From positions 316,594-380,593 of the forward strand of contig SCUL01000002.1 in the NCBI GenBank assembly GCA_004297205.1: a DNA stretch of 64,000 nucleotides, read 5' to 3'. The translations under genes and the position numbers were made by a program. Of this stretch, positions 1 to 8,951 are shown piece by piece. The notes below the pieces were generated by a model. The model saw only the letters and a list, made by a program, of their open reading frames with translations. It was not told where the DNA came from and did not search any database. The DNA comes from Patescibacteria group bacterium. GTDB lineage: Bacteria > Patescibacteriota > Patescibacteriia > 2-12-FULL-57-11. The stretch's first letter is position 1. Every line of letters begins with the position of its first letter.

Positions 1-1784
1 AACCACTGCCCGCTGCTCGTCTGCTGGATCTGAACCATGTACAGCCCGTCGCGGGAGCTGACGCTGGTCTCGATCGGCGCAGACGCGTCGTTGATCTCGC
101 GGTACTCACGGCTGCAGGTGCCCGCCTCCATGTTGTACGAGATGTCGTACGACGAGGAGCCGGGGCTGCCGACGCTGACGCGGACCGTGTCCGTCATCGT
201 GCAGCTCACGCCGCACGCAGTCATGTCGCCGCCGGAACAGTCGTTGTCGAGCCCGTCGGACGGGCAGACATCGGCCGCACCGGGGTGCACGCTCGCGTTC
301 GAGTCGTTGCAGTCGCCGGTGACCGTGACGTAGTCCGTCGCGGGCGTCGTGCGGGTCACGTCGTTGCGCCCGTACCCGTCGTGGTCGGCGTCGAGGTAGT
401 ACGTCGTGGTGACGCAGCCCTCGTTGACCGAGCCGTCGCAGTCGTCGTCACCGGACGTGGTGCAGACTTCCGCGATCGGACGGACTTCGCCGGCGCACGC
501 CCCCCAGACGTAGGAGCCGCCGCTCAGGATGCACGTCTCCGTGCCCGAGCGGCAGAGGCCGACGCCCGAGGTTCCCGCCGGACCGCCGTAACAGCTGCGA
601 GTGGCGCCCGAGGTGCACACGCCGGTGGGCGCGCACCCCTCGTTGACGGTGCCGTCGCAGTCGTCGTCGAACGACGTGCTGCAGGACTCGCTCGCACCGG
701 GATTGACCCCGCTACGCGCGTCGTCGCAGTCGCCGTCGCGGCTGACGTAGCCGGGCGGAGCGCTCATCGCGCTCACCGAGCCGGTCGGCGCGCCGTAGGT
801 GTCGCCGTCCGCGTCGCGGTAGAACCGCATGCACCCGTCGTCGACCACGCCGTCGCAGTCGTCGTCGTACAGGTTGCCGCAGTCCTCCTGCGGCGGCATG
901 CAGGCGCCCCAGCTCAGGCCGTCGTCCGCGCAGCGCTGGCTGCCGAACACGCCGCAGATGGCGGGGCAGAACTGCACCTCGCCGGGCGTGCAGCGCACGG
1001 GCACGGTGCAGTCCTCGTCGACCGCACCGTCGCAGTCGTCGTCGTGGCTGTTGCCGCAACGCTCGGCCGGAGCCGAGCACGCGGTCGGCCAGTGGCCGCC
1101 CACGCACGTCTGCGAGCCCGCGTCGCCGCTGCACGAGGTCGTGCAGCTGCGGACGGCGCCGCTCACGCACTCCGCGTCGACCGCGTGGTCGCAGCGGTCC
1201 GCCGACTCGTTGCACGAGTCGAGGGTGGTGCCGTCACCGTCGCTGCAGTCGCGGGGAACGCCCGTGAAGCAGCGGTGATCGGTGCAGTGCGCATCCACCA
1301 GGCAGAACGCCCCGGTGGCGCACTCGACGTCGCGGACGCACTCGCTCGCGGCCGGGTTGCAGTCCGGGTCGAGGGTGTCCGGGTCCGGACAGGAGCCGGG
1401 CGTCGCACAGGGCGACTCCCCGCAGTCCTCGTCCACCCCGTTGCCGCAGTTCCCCGACTCGGGGTTCTCTGCGGTTCCCGGGCTGATCGCCCGGGCGTCG
1501 TCGTTACAGTCGCCGGCGTTCGGGTCGAGCGCCTCGCCGCTGTCGCAGCAGTCCCCGTCGCTGTTGGCGTCGTGGCCTGCCGGGCAGTAGCTGTCGCCGT
1601 CCTGGTCCCGCGTCGCCGGCGCGCTCTCGCACGCCGTCGGCACGGGGCCGCCGTCGGACGTCGGCACGATGCCGGCGTCGTCCGCGGGACCCGAGCGCGG
1701 TCCCGTCTCCTCGGGGTCGTAGCACCCCGCGATGCTGATCACCGCGAGCGCCGCGGCCGCGAACGAGATGGAACGCTTCGTCAT
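1..1784 (-). CDS. Lipoprotein with multiple MopE-like Cys-rich repeats (DCDDxxxxVxPGAxExC...DDDCDG..DEGC). Partial: the C-terminus lies beyond the window start.
   Basis: Minus-strand reading frame open from position 1 to the ATG at 1782-1784, preceded by GGAGGA. N-terminus MTKRSISFAAAALAVISIAGC has a signal peptide plus lipobox. Repeated D-C-D-D / D-D-D-C-D-G motifs are read directly. The ORF is missing from the six-frame track because it is open at the window edge. Confidence 0.6.
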   Translation of the reverse strand, partial: MTKRSISFAAAALAVISIAGCYDPEETGPRSGPADDAGIVPTSDGGPVPTACESAPATRDQDGDSYCPAGHDANSDGDCCDSGEALDPNAGDCNDDARAISPGTAENPESGNCGNGVDEDCGESPCATPGSCPDPDTLDPDCNPAASECVRDVECATGAFCLVDAHCTDHRCFTGVPRDCSDGDGTTLDSCNESADRCDHAVDAECVSGAVRSCTTSCSGDAGSQTCVGGHWPTACSAPAERCGNSHDDDCDGAVDEDCTVPVRCTPGEVQFCPAICGVFGSQRCADDGLSWGACMPPQEDCGNLYDDDCDGVVDDGCMRFYRDADGDTYGAPTGSVSAMSAPPGYVSRDGDCDDARSGVNPGASESCSTSFDDDCDGTVNEGCAPTGVCTSGATRSCYGGPAGTSGVGLCRSGTETCILSGGSYVWGACAGEVRPIAEVCTTSGDDDCDGSVNEGCVTTTYYLDADHDGYGRNDVTRTTPATDYVTVTGDCNDSNASVHPGAADVCPSDGLDNDCSGGDMTACGVSCTMTDTVRVSVGSPGSSSYDISYNMEAGTCSREYREINDASAPIETSVSSRDGLYMVQIQQTSSGQW

Positions 1785-2003
1785 GGTCCGATCCTCCGTG
1801 CTGTAGTTCTTCGTCATTGTCGTGCCTTTCGTCGTACGGTCAGCGATTCGACATCCCGCACCTGCGGAACGCCAGGGTCGCTGCACCGTACGTGCACGCC
1901 CCGATCCGCGGACCAGTCATGATCCACGCGTCGGGACGTGCAGAGGCAGCATTCAAGGAACGCATGCGGGCACCTCGGGGAGATGCGCGCGTTGATTCAT
2001 TGA

Positions 2004-2057
2004 AGGAAAAAATGTGTCCTGAGCGGAGAGAGGTGGTTGTCCCTCTCTCCGCTCAGG
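2004..2057 (-). terminator. Rho-independent terminator (16-bp perfect stem, 2018-2033 / 2042-2057, followed by a T-run on the minus strand).
   Basis: Inverted repeat cctgagcggagagagg / cctctctccgctcagg, then ttttttcc on the minus strand, immediately downstream of the stop of the 2079..3674 gene. Confidence 0.6.
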
Positions 2058-2078
2058 CGTCAGCGTCCGCCGAGTCCG

Positions 2079-3674
2079 CTAGAACTCGAGCTGGGCGCCG
2101 AACATGATGCCGGGGGCCGCGTGCGGCTCGGACTGATCCGAGTCCGCGAACCCCGCCATCCCGCGGACGAAGATCCGGGCGCGTGCGGCGCTGTCGTCGT
2201 CCCCGAGGGACACCGCCAGGTCGCCGTACCCGCCGAATCCGGTGCTGACACCGACCGTGCCGTCGCGCAGATCGGTACCGTTCGTACCGAATGCGCCCAA
2301 CGTCAGGTCGAGGTCCGCGCCGTCCGTCTCGACGAGACGGAAGCTCATCCCGGTGCCGATGCTGATGTGCAGCTCGGGGCGCCGCGTCACGGTGACGCCC
2401 GCGTAGCCCCAGAGCGACCAGCCGATGCGCGGCTGGAACCACCAGGTGCCGTCCAGTGCCAGACCGACCGTAAAGGTCTCGTCGTTGTACTGGATGGCCG
2501 GTCCGACCGAGAGGTCGAACTCGCCCGGCAGCGCAGGCCGCGCCTCGCAACGATGCGTCTCCGTGTTGTAGGAAGCGTCGGTGTCGACGCACTCCTCGAG
2601 GCACACCATGCTGTCCGTACGGACAACGCGGAGCGTCTCCGTCTCGCCGGTCGGCGCGCGGGTTTCCTCGTGGGTCACCCGTCCGTACCGCCGCCCATTG
2701 GCGAGGCACTCGTCCGCGTCGTGGAGGACCGATACCTCCTCCCAGAGGTCGGCGATCTGCTCGCGCGCCCACTGGTCGATGAACTCCGGGGTCACCGGGG
2801 GCTCACCGCCCTCCACGAACTGACGGAGGGTGACGCAGCGGGGATCGCTTTCCCCGAGACGCGCGCAGAGCCGCTGCGTACGCGGCTCGTACTCGAGCCG
2901 CAACGCACCGAGGCTGTCGTCCTCGTCACAGGCGTCGCCCTCCGCGTCGGTGTCCCTGTCGGCCTGGTCCGGGTTCGGATTCAGCCTGCAGTTATCGTAC
3001 GGAAGGCAATCCCCGGAGAGGTCCGGCACGCCGTCGTTGTCGGCGTCGAGCAGGGTGTTGCACCGTGCATCGACGACGGTCGGCAGCGGAACCGGATCGG
3101 GCGTGCGGTCGGGGCGGGGCGTCCGAGGACGTACCACCACCGGACGCGGACGGCAGCGCTCGGCGATGCGGAACCCCGCTGCGGGGCTGCACCACGACGC
3201 CGTCGTCGACCGGGCGTTGCGGCAGTGCCGCCCCGCCGAGCCGCTCGCACACTGGCATGCCTCCCGGGTATCCCCGGGCGCACACCAGGTGCCGTGACCG
3301 CGCTGCGTACAGATGCCCTCGCACGCGAGGTCGGGCATGTCCGCGGTGCGACCGCACTCGCCGCTGGCGATGATGCTCACCGCGGCGGCGAGCGCCTCCT
3401 GCGTCAGACGCAGGTTGGCGGCGCAGGTCACGTTCCGCTCCTCGCAGGCCGTGAGGCCGCGAGAAGCCTCGGTGATGAGCTCCCGCGCACGCCGCTCGTG
3501 CTCGGGGTCGCCGGTACCGCAGATCGCGGTCATCCCCTCGGCGCGCCGCTGAATCTCCCACGCGTTGTGACACGCGGGGATCGCGGCGCACTCGGCCGTT
3601 TCCTGCGCCTCCGCGGGAGCGGCGGCGAGGACGGCGGCCGTCAGGACGAGACCGATCAGAATCTTCTCACGCAT
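2079..3674 (-). CDS. Secreted protein with thrombospondin-type-3-like Ca-binding repeats (DADNDGVPD, NPNPDQADRDTDAEGDACD) and a beta-rich C-terminal domain ending in ...FGAQLEF.
   Basis: The ORF track starts at 3710, but the likely start is the internal Met (MREKILIGLVLTAAVLAAAPAEA, a signal peptide), which is preceded by GGAGGAA. The C-terminus has an alternating hydrophobic pattern with a terminal Phe. Confidence 0.6.
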   Translation of the reverse strand: MREKILIGLVLTAAVLAAAPAEAQETAECAAIPACHNAWEIQRRAEGMTAICGTGDPEHERRARELITEASRGLTACEERNVTCAANLRLTQEALAAAVSIIASGECGRTADMPDLACEGICTQRGHGTWCAPGDTREACQCASGSAGRHCRNARSTTASWCSPAAGFRIAERCRPRPVVVRPRTPRPDRTPDPVPLPTVVDARCNTLLDADNDGVPDLSGDCLPYDNCRLNPNPDQADRDTDAEGDACDEDDSLGALRLEYEPRTQRLCARLGESDPRCVTLRQFVEGGEPPVTPEFIDQWAREQIADLWEEVSVLHDADECLANGRRYGRVTHEETRAPTGETETLRVVRTDSMVCLEECVDTDASYNTETHRCEARPALPGEFDLSVGPAIQYNDETFTVGLALDGTWWFQPRIGWSLWGYAGVTVTRRPELHISIGTGMSFRLVETDGADLDLTLGAFGTNGTDLRDGTVGVSTGFGGYGDLAVSLGDDDSAARARIFVRGMAGFADSDQSEPHAAPGIMFGAQLEF

Positions 3675-3719
3675 GGTCGTTCCTCCTTGCCTACGAGACG
3701 CGATGGTCACTGCAAACGT

Positions 3720-4000
3720 GCAGCAACCTGGAGCGCCTCATAGGCCGCGCTCCGAACCGAAGTTCAGTTTCCTCAACTCCGATGCGGAGCGAGGAGGGCG
3801 GCCATGCATGTCTTCGTCGTATATGTAAGGAACAGAACAGGGTTCCCCGCAATGGAGGAACCCTGTCGAAAACAGGCCCCTCCGTTACGCCTGCCTGACG
3901 GCAGGCAGGGAAGCCCTGGAGTGGTTTGGTGTGAGTCCTCGTGATGAGGAGGAGGCATCCCGGGCCTCGCACCAAACCGCCTCAAGGCTCCCAAAATCAA
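3720..4000 (-). ncRNA. Candidate structured RNA: a long 5' leader, riboswitch or sRNA containing several strong hairpins. Family not recognised.
   Basis: Between the consensus promoter and the start of the 2079..3674 gene. Hairpins seen: ggtttggtg..caccaaacc (long imperfect stem), cctgcctgacggcaggcagg, acagggttcc..ggaaccctgt. No convincing ORF in the region. Confidence 0.3.
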
Positions 4001-4006
4001 CGGCGG

Positions 4007-4035
4007 ACTATACCACGGTCGGCGGGTTTTGTCAA
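4007..4035 (-). promoter_or_regulatory. Near-consensus sigma70-type promoter on the minus strand: TTGACA, 17-nt spacer, TATAGT.
   Basis: Minus strand reads ttgacaaaacccgccgaccgtggtatagt. The -35 is at 4030-4035 and the -10 at 4007-4012. It drives a ~320-nt structured leader (or sRNA) upstream of the 2079..3674 gene. Confidence 0.55.
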
Positions 4036-4149
4036 CCCTTTCCCTGGCATAACCGGATTGCCGGGGGGCCATTCCCAGCAATCTCGCAAAAAAGACCGTA
4101 TTTTCAGCCTTTTCCGTCCGTTTTCAACGATGCGGGGACCCTAGCAAAC

Positions 4150-4178
4150 GAAAAAACAGGGGTCAAGGCCCCTGTTTT
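4150..4178 (-). terminator. Rho-independent terminator (aacaggggtcaaggcccctgtt hairpin flanked by A/T runs; bidirectional).
   Basis: GC hairpin with flanking aaaaaa / tttt, just downstream of the stop at 4192 of the minus-strand gene. Confidence 0.6.
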
Positions 4179-4191
4179 CCCTTGTGAATGA

Positions 4192-4650
4192 CTAGAGCGG
4201 CGGGTCCACCACCAACACTTGCGGGTTTCCCGCCAGGTATTCCCCGCCCCGACGGACCAGCACGTCGGCCACGGCCTGGGCGATCCGTCCGGCCTGCTCA
4301 CGGTCGCGGTGCAGCACGCTGAGGGTCAGCAGGCCGGTCTTTTCGTCGGTCTGAGAGCGAATGGTTTTCTGCCAGCGGGCCCGCCGGTCGGCGTCCTTGT
4401 CGCCGAAATCGGCCCAGGAAATCTGCGGGTCCTGGGCCGCCACTTTGGTGAAAAAATCGCTGCTCTCGACGACCGCGGCCAGCACCCGGACGCCGTGGGC
4501 GGCTTCGGCAACGTCGCTGCGCGGGACCACCAAAAGACGCACCGTCGCCCCAGAGCGCCGCGGCAGGAGAAACAGGCCGGCTGCCGCTATGGCCAGCCCG
4601 ACGAGAACAAAAAGCAGGACCGGCCGAAGCTGCGTGGGACGAAATGCCAT
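4192..4650 (-). CDS. Hypothetical N-terminally membrane-anchored protein (152 aa).
   Basis: ORF with N-terminal TM (LLFVLVGLAIAAAGLFLL). Its stop overlaps the next gene in a compact arrangement. Confidence 0.5.
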   Translation of the reverse strand: MAFRPTQLRPVLLFVLVGLAIAAAGLFLLPRRSGATVRLLVVPRSDVAEAAHGVRVLAAVVESSDFFTKVAAQDPQISWADFGDKDADRRARWQKTIRSQTDEKTGLLTLSVLHRDREQAGRIAQAVADVLVRRGGEYLAGNPQVLVVDPPL

Positions 4651-4651
4651 A

Positions 4652-5686
4652 TCAAGGCGCGAGCGTTACGGGGATGCGGAGTTCCTGCCCGTCGCGCAGC
4701 ACGAGCAATTCCGGCCGGGCGCCGGCGGCGTACTCGGCCAGGATTTCCCCCAGCGGGCGGGAAGCGGTCACCGCGTCGCTGCCGACGGAGCGGACCAGAT
4801 CGCCGACGCGCAGCCCCGCGTCCGTGCGGCGCACCTCGGTCACATACCAGCCGCCGCGGACGGCAAGCGCCGGATCAGGCACGGAGACGGAGGCCAGCGG
4901 CAGTCCGCGCACGCCGATGTCGGTGGCGGCCACGCTGCGCTCGGCCAGCACGCGGCCCAAAGCGATGCGCAGGACTTCGACCGGCAGCGCCTTCCCCTGC
5001 TCCCCGACCTTGCTCGGCAAGGCCATGCCGACCAATTCGCCGTTGCCGGTGAAGACGGGCGTGCCCGGCGGCGCCACGACGGCCGCGACTGCCAGACGGC
5101 GACGGAAGTCGGCGGTGGTTTCCGGGAGCGACGGCGCGCCGTCGCGCACGGCGGCGGACACGAACGGCACCGGTGCGAAGCCGCCGGCCGCCGGCGTGAA
5201 CAGGCCGTCTCCGGCTTCAAGGGTGCGACTGTCGCCGAACACGGCCACGGTCAGATCGCGGCCGTCGGTTTTGAGAAAGACGAGATTGAAGGCGGCTGCA
5301 TCGACGTTGCGCTGCACGGTCAGATCGCGGCCGTCGGCGGAAACAAGGGCGGCCTCGGCGCTCCACGTCGAACGTTCCACGGCCACCCAGCCGTCAGCGG
5401 TCAGAACCACGCCGGCGCCGCGCTGTTGGTCCGGCGCAAAGACCGTCCCGGCGGCGGTCGCGGTGCCGGCGCCGCCGTAGACGCGGACCATGGCGGCTGC
5501 GGACCGCGACAGCGCTTCGGCATCGACGGCATTTTGGACGCTGCGGCCGGCCCGCTGCGTGGCGGCGTCCGGCACGGTCGGCGGCAGAACGTAGGCGGCA
5601 ACGACGAGCGCCGCAGCCACGCCCGCGACCGAGGCAACGAGCGCGGTGACGATAATCAACGGGAGCAAGGAGGTGCGGGACGCCAT
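4652..5686 (-). CDS. Membrane-anchored PDZ-domain protein with a degenerate trypsin-like (HtrA-like) N-terminal region.
   Basis: Likely start at the internal Met MASRTSLLPLIIVTAL (TM helix). C-terminal PDZ-like segment GLRVGDLVRSVGSDAV...LVLRDGQELRIPVTL. No clear catalytic His/Asp/Ser triad visible. Confidence 0.5.
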   Translation of the reverse strand: MASRTSLLPLIIVTALVASVAGVAAALVVAAYVLPPTVPDAATQRAGRSVQNAVDAEALSRSAAAMVRVYGGAGTATAAGTVFAPDQQRGAGVVLTADGWVAVERSTWSAEAALVSADGRDLTVQRNVDAAAFNLVFLKTDGRDLTVAVFGDSRTLEAGDGLFTPAAGGFAPVPFVSAAVRDGAPSLPETTADFRRRLAVAAVVAPPGTPVFTGNGELVGMALPSKVGEQGKALPVEVLRIALGRVLAERSVAATDIGVRGLPLASVSVPDPALAVRGGWYVTEVRRTDAGLRVGDLVRSVGSDAVTASRPLGEILAEYAAGARPELLVLRDGQELRIPVTLAP

Positions 5687-5687
5687 A

Positions 5688-6452
5688 TCAGATCCAACGG
5701 GCCGTGCCGACAATGGCCACGGCGGCGAGCAGCGCCACGCCGGCGTAGCGCTGGATGACGCGCGTGTTGCAAGCCGCAAGCGCATGGGCGCGCAGCAGAC
5801 CGACCACGGCGTAGTAGGTCACGGCCAGCGCCGCCCCGGCCACCAGGAACGACACGGGCAGGAGCAGGAGCGCGGCCGCGGCTTCGGCCAGCAGCAACGA
5901 CCCGGCGAACACGAGGCCGGGCAGCCGATGCCCGCGCACTTTGCTCACCCAGAGCGTTTCCGCCACGAGCAGCCCGGCCACCCCGAGCACGGTCGAAGCG
6001 ACCACCCATTGCGGCAGGGACAGCAGCGATACGTACCCCAAGATGGAGGCGCCGATCAGAAAAAAGGCGGCGAGGTTGGCGGCCAGCGACAGCGATTCCA
6101 ACGCGTAGGGCTGATAGCGCGCGGGTTGGCGGACGAACAGGAAATGAGTGTACCCGAAGAGCGCCGTCAGAACGCTGGTGCCGACGGCGACGCCGATGCC
6201 GACCCCGCGGTTCTCGAGCAGGAACAGGAACGCGGTGGCGCCGAAGACCAGCGCCACCGGCGGCACCGCCAAAAACCAGAAGGCTCCGGAGCGCGCTTCT
6301 TTGCCGGAAATGACGATGAAGGAGACGAGGAAAACCGCGAGCCAGGCCGCGAAGAGCGGCGGCGCGCCGAGCGGCTCGCGGAGCGCGACCGTGAACAGCA
6401 GCGCGGCGGCGAGCCCCGGCACGAGCGACAAGATGTGCCGAAGCAGCGGCAT
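5688..6452 (-). CDS. Polytopic integral membrane protein (hypothetical).
   Basis: Multiple hydrophobic helices. Likely start at the internal Met MPLLRHILSLVPGL; the N-terminal extension in the ORF track is Arg-rich junk. Confidence 0.5.
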   Translation of the reverse strand: MPLLRHILSLVPGLAAALLFTVALREPLGAPPLFAAWLAVFLVSFIVISGKEARSGAFWFLAVPPVALVFGATAFLFLLENRGVGIGVAVGTSVLTALFGYTHFLFVRQPARYQPYALESLSLAANLAAFFLIGASILGYVSLLSLPQWVVASTVLGVAGLLVAETLWVSKVRGHRLPGLVFAGSLLLAEAAAALLLLPVSFLVAGAALAVTYYAVVGLLRAHALAACNTRVIQRYAGVALLAAVAIVGTARWI

Positions 6453-6456
6453 GGGC

Positions 6457-6862
6457 TTAGGAAGAAAACGCCTCGACGGCGGCAACCAAGGCGGCGCGCG
6501 CCTCCGGAGACGGGTCTTGTTCAAAGCGGGTCAGAGCCAGGATGAGGGCCAGATGCGCTTCGCGGGCGGCAGCAGGAACGGTCAGCCCCATCAGCGCGTT
6601 TTTGGCACGTACCGCCGCGGCGGGCAGGACGGCCTCATCGCCCGCGGCGAGCGACGCGGCAAGCGCGGCAACGGCGTCCTCCGAGGCCGGTTCGTACTCG
6701 GCCAGCGGACGGGCGGCAACCGGCGCCGCACCGGTCGCGGACGCGGACGGACCGCGGCGCAGGAGGCCGATGACGACGGCCCGGCCGGTCACGGCAAGCA
6801 GGGCGAACGCCGCCAGGCCGATGAGCAGCGCCAGGATGCGCACCGCGGCGGCCGGCATCTTC
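6457..6862 (-). CDS. Small signal-anchored protein (about 135 aa), Ala-rich.
   Basis: Start MKMPAAAVRILALLIGLAAFALLAV, in an ATGA overlap with the stop of the upstream AI-2E gene. The 451-aa ORF in the track is a read-through artefact. Confidence 0.45.
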
Positions 6863-7901
6863 ATAGCTCCGGCGCTTCGCCGCGGCGCAGCGCGAGGTAA
6901 TCCTTCACGAAGACGATGGCCGAGGTGGCGATGGGGATGGCCACGAGCGCGCCGATGACGCCGCCCAGCCGTGCGCCGATCATGACCGAGAAAATCGAGA
7001 TGAGCGGGTTGATGCCGACGGCCTTTTGCATGACCTTGGGAACGAGCACGTGGTTCTCCAGCTGCTGGATGATGATGACGAGGACGATCACGAGGCCCGC
7101 CTTCACCGGCGAATCGGACAGCGCCATGATGAAGGCCGGCACGAGCGCCAAGAGCGGCCCGACGTACGGGATGAACTCCATCAGCCCGGCAAAGAGGCCG
7201 AGCACCAGCGCATACTTCACGTCCAACAGCGCCAACCCGCCGTACATGACGAGCCCGATGATCAGCATCAGAATGAGCTGCCCGCGCAGCCACAGGCCCA
7301 TTTTCTCCTGGGCTTTGCCGAGCGCGACCGTGAGGATGGCGTAATGCTCGGCCGGGATGAGCGATTTGACCATCCGACGGATGGCCTCCTCCTCGACCAC
7401 CATGTAGAAGGAAATGACGAGGACCAGGACGAAGGTGATGACGTCGACGATGGCGCCGCGGATGCCGGAGAAGGCACCGAAGGCGGCGTCGGAGATGGTG
7501 TTGCCGATGTTCGGCAGCGAGCCCTGTGTCGAGCTGAAGCCGAGGAACGTTTTGCCGAAGTCGAGCCAGCTCGGCAGCCAGTCGCGCATCAGCACGGAGA
7601 CGCTCTTGAACAGTTCGCTCGATTCGGTGACGACCGGCGGAACAATCTGCGAGAGCACGGCCGAGACGATGGCGATGAGCACGATGTAGACCGCGCCGAC
7701 GGCCAGCGCGCGCGGGATGCGCCGTTTCTCCGCCCAGTGCGCCAGGGGCAGGATCAACGCGGCCAACACGATCGACATGAACAGGATGAAGACCACTCCC
7801 GAGAGGTACCACAACAGGAAGACGCCGGCGCCGACGGCCAGCGCGCGGAGGTAGGTCTTGGTGGAAATGTGGACGACGATCTCTTGCTTGTGTTCCGCCA
7901 T
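6861..7901 (-). CDS. AI-2E family transporter (PerM/YhhT, UPF0118-like) membrane protein.
   Basis: Multi-TM protein with the conserved EFIPYVGP motif region. Start at the internal Met MAEHKQEIVVH rather than at the ORF-track start. Confidence 0.6.
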   Translation of the reverse strand: MAEHKQEIVVHISTKTYLRALAVGAGVFLLWYLSGVVFILFMSIVLAALILPLAHWAEKRRIPRALAVGAVYIVLIAIVSAVLSQIVPPVVTESSELFKSVSVLMRDWLPSWLDFGKTFLGFSSTQGSLPNIGNTISDAAFGAFSGIRGAIVDVITFVLVLVISFYMVVEEEAIRRMVKSLIPAEHYAILTVALGKAQEKMGLWLRGQLILMLIIGLVMYGGLALLDVKYALVLGLFAGLMEFIPYVGPLLALVPAFIMALSDSPVKAGLVIVLVIIIQQLENHVLVPKVMQKAVGINPLISIFSVMIGARLGGVIGALVAIPIATSAIVFVKDYLALRRGEAPEL

Positions 7902-7977
7902 AGGACGTGGGAAGCGTACCAAAACAGCCCCAAGAACGCTATACTGGCCCGGGCGCGGAAACCGCGCCCCTACGCCT

Positions 7978-8433
7978 GTGCCCGACCTTCTTGCCGACAA
8001 CCGCCGGGCCCGCCGCGACTACGAGTTCCTCCAGGAGTTCGAAGCGGGCATCGTCCTGACCGGTCCGGAGACCAAATCCGCGAAGACCGGGGGTTTGCGC
8101 TTGTCCGGCGCCTTCGTGATCATCCGCGGCGGCGAGGCCTGGCTGATCGGCGCGCACCTGGCCCGCTACAAACCGGCCGGCGCAAGCGTGCCGCAAGACC
8201 CGGACCGCAGCCGCAAGGTCCTGCTCCACAAGAAAGAACTGCAGGAAATCTCCGGAAAAATCGACAAGTCCGGATTGACACTCGTGCCTGTTTCTGCCTA
8301 TAGTAAGGGCGGCCGCGTGAAGCTCCGCATCGCGCTGGCCCGCGGAAAACGGGAGTTTGAGAAACGGGACGCGCTTCGCAAGAAGGTCGTGGCCCGCGAA
8401 ACCCGCCGCGCCCTTCTTCGCCCCAAGAAGTGA
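7978..8433 (+). CDS. smpB: SsrA-binding protein SmpB.
   Basis: RRARRDYEF..EAGIVLTGPETKS..GAHLARY..LLHKKELQEI...VKLRIALARGK matches the SmpB family. Likely GTG start at 7978; the upstream ATG would overlap the divergent gene. tmRNA lies immediately downstream. Confidence 0.8.
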   Translation: MPDLLADNRRARRDYEFLQEFEAGIVLTGPETKSAKTGGLRLSGAFVIIRGGEAWLIGAHLARYKPAGASVPQDPDRSRKVLLHKKELQEISGKIDKSGLTLVPVSAYSKGGRVKLRIALARGKREFEKRDALRKKVVARETRRALLRPKK

Positions 8434-8446
8434 GCTCTTTCCATAC

Positions 8447-8826
8447 GGGGATGCCCGGCTTCGATAGGATGCATTCCGATGATGCGCGCGCCGCGATCCA
8501 CGGCACCCGCGTCCCAATCCGTGGAACCCTTTGAAGTGCCAACGCACTCACCAAGGTGAAGAACGCCCTGCGCGTTCCGAGCCTGGTTCCGTCGGTCGCC
8601 TAATAACGACCTGACCGTCCCCTGCTCCGCGCCTGCCGGAGCCGATCCGGACGTCATCTGCAGGCTCGCGTCTGCGCCGTGCCCCGGCGCTGCCGTCAGA
8701 TCCACGGGGCTTGCGGCGAGCGTTTTTTGAACGCTTTCACCGCTCGCCGGACTTCTAAGCGTCCTACGCGCGTAGAGCATCAGCGGTTCCGTATCTTACA
8801 CGTGGGTTCGACTCCCACCATCTCCA
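8447..8826 (+). ncRNA. ssrA: tmRNA (ssrA), about 380 nt.
   Basis: 5' end GGGGAUGCCCGGCUUCGAUAGG. 3' tRNA-like end with T-loop GGGUUCGACUCCCAC and acceptor strand CAUCUCC pairing with the 5' GGGGAUG. Internal tag ORF ends GUCGCC UAA UAA (double stop). Adjacent to smpB. Confidence 0.8.
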
Positions 8827-8951
8827 CTTGTGATCGACGTCCGTCGATCCCAGATGAAGATGAACACGTGCGTAGGGGCGACCCGATGTGGTCTCCCAGT
8901 CAGGGCAGACACACTGGTCTGCCCCTACACCGATTAATTACTTCGTACACA

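Noticed and set aside
285-1922. 545-aa plus-strand ORF (Arg/Ala/Val-rich).
   Set aside because: It is antisense to the MopE-repeat lipoprotein gene. Its low-complexity Arg/Ala composition is typical of out-of-frame translation of GC-rich coding DNA, and it has no RBS or start context.
2037-3743. 568-aa plus-strand ORF and several overlapping minus-frame ORFs (2053-2772, 2992-3591).
   Set aside because: They are alternate frames of the 2079-3674 secreted-protein gene. Arg/Pro-rich, with no motifs.
4219-5758. Plus-strand ORFs of 277, 465 and 278 aa.
   Set aside because: They are antisense to, or out of frame with, the minus-strand gene string 4192-6452. Arg-rich junk composition.
6457-7812. 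451-aa minus-strand ORF.
   Set aside because: A wrong-frame read-through across the AI-2E transporter gene. Only its C-terminal 135 codons (6457-6862) form a plausible small protein.
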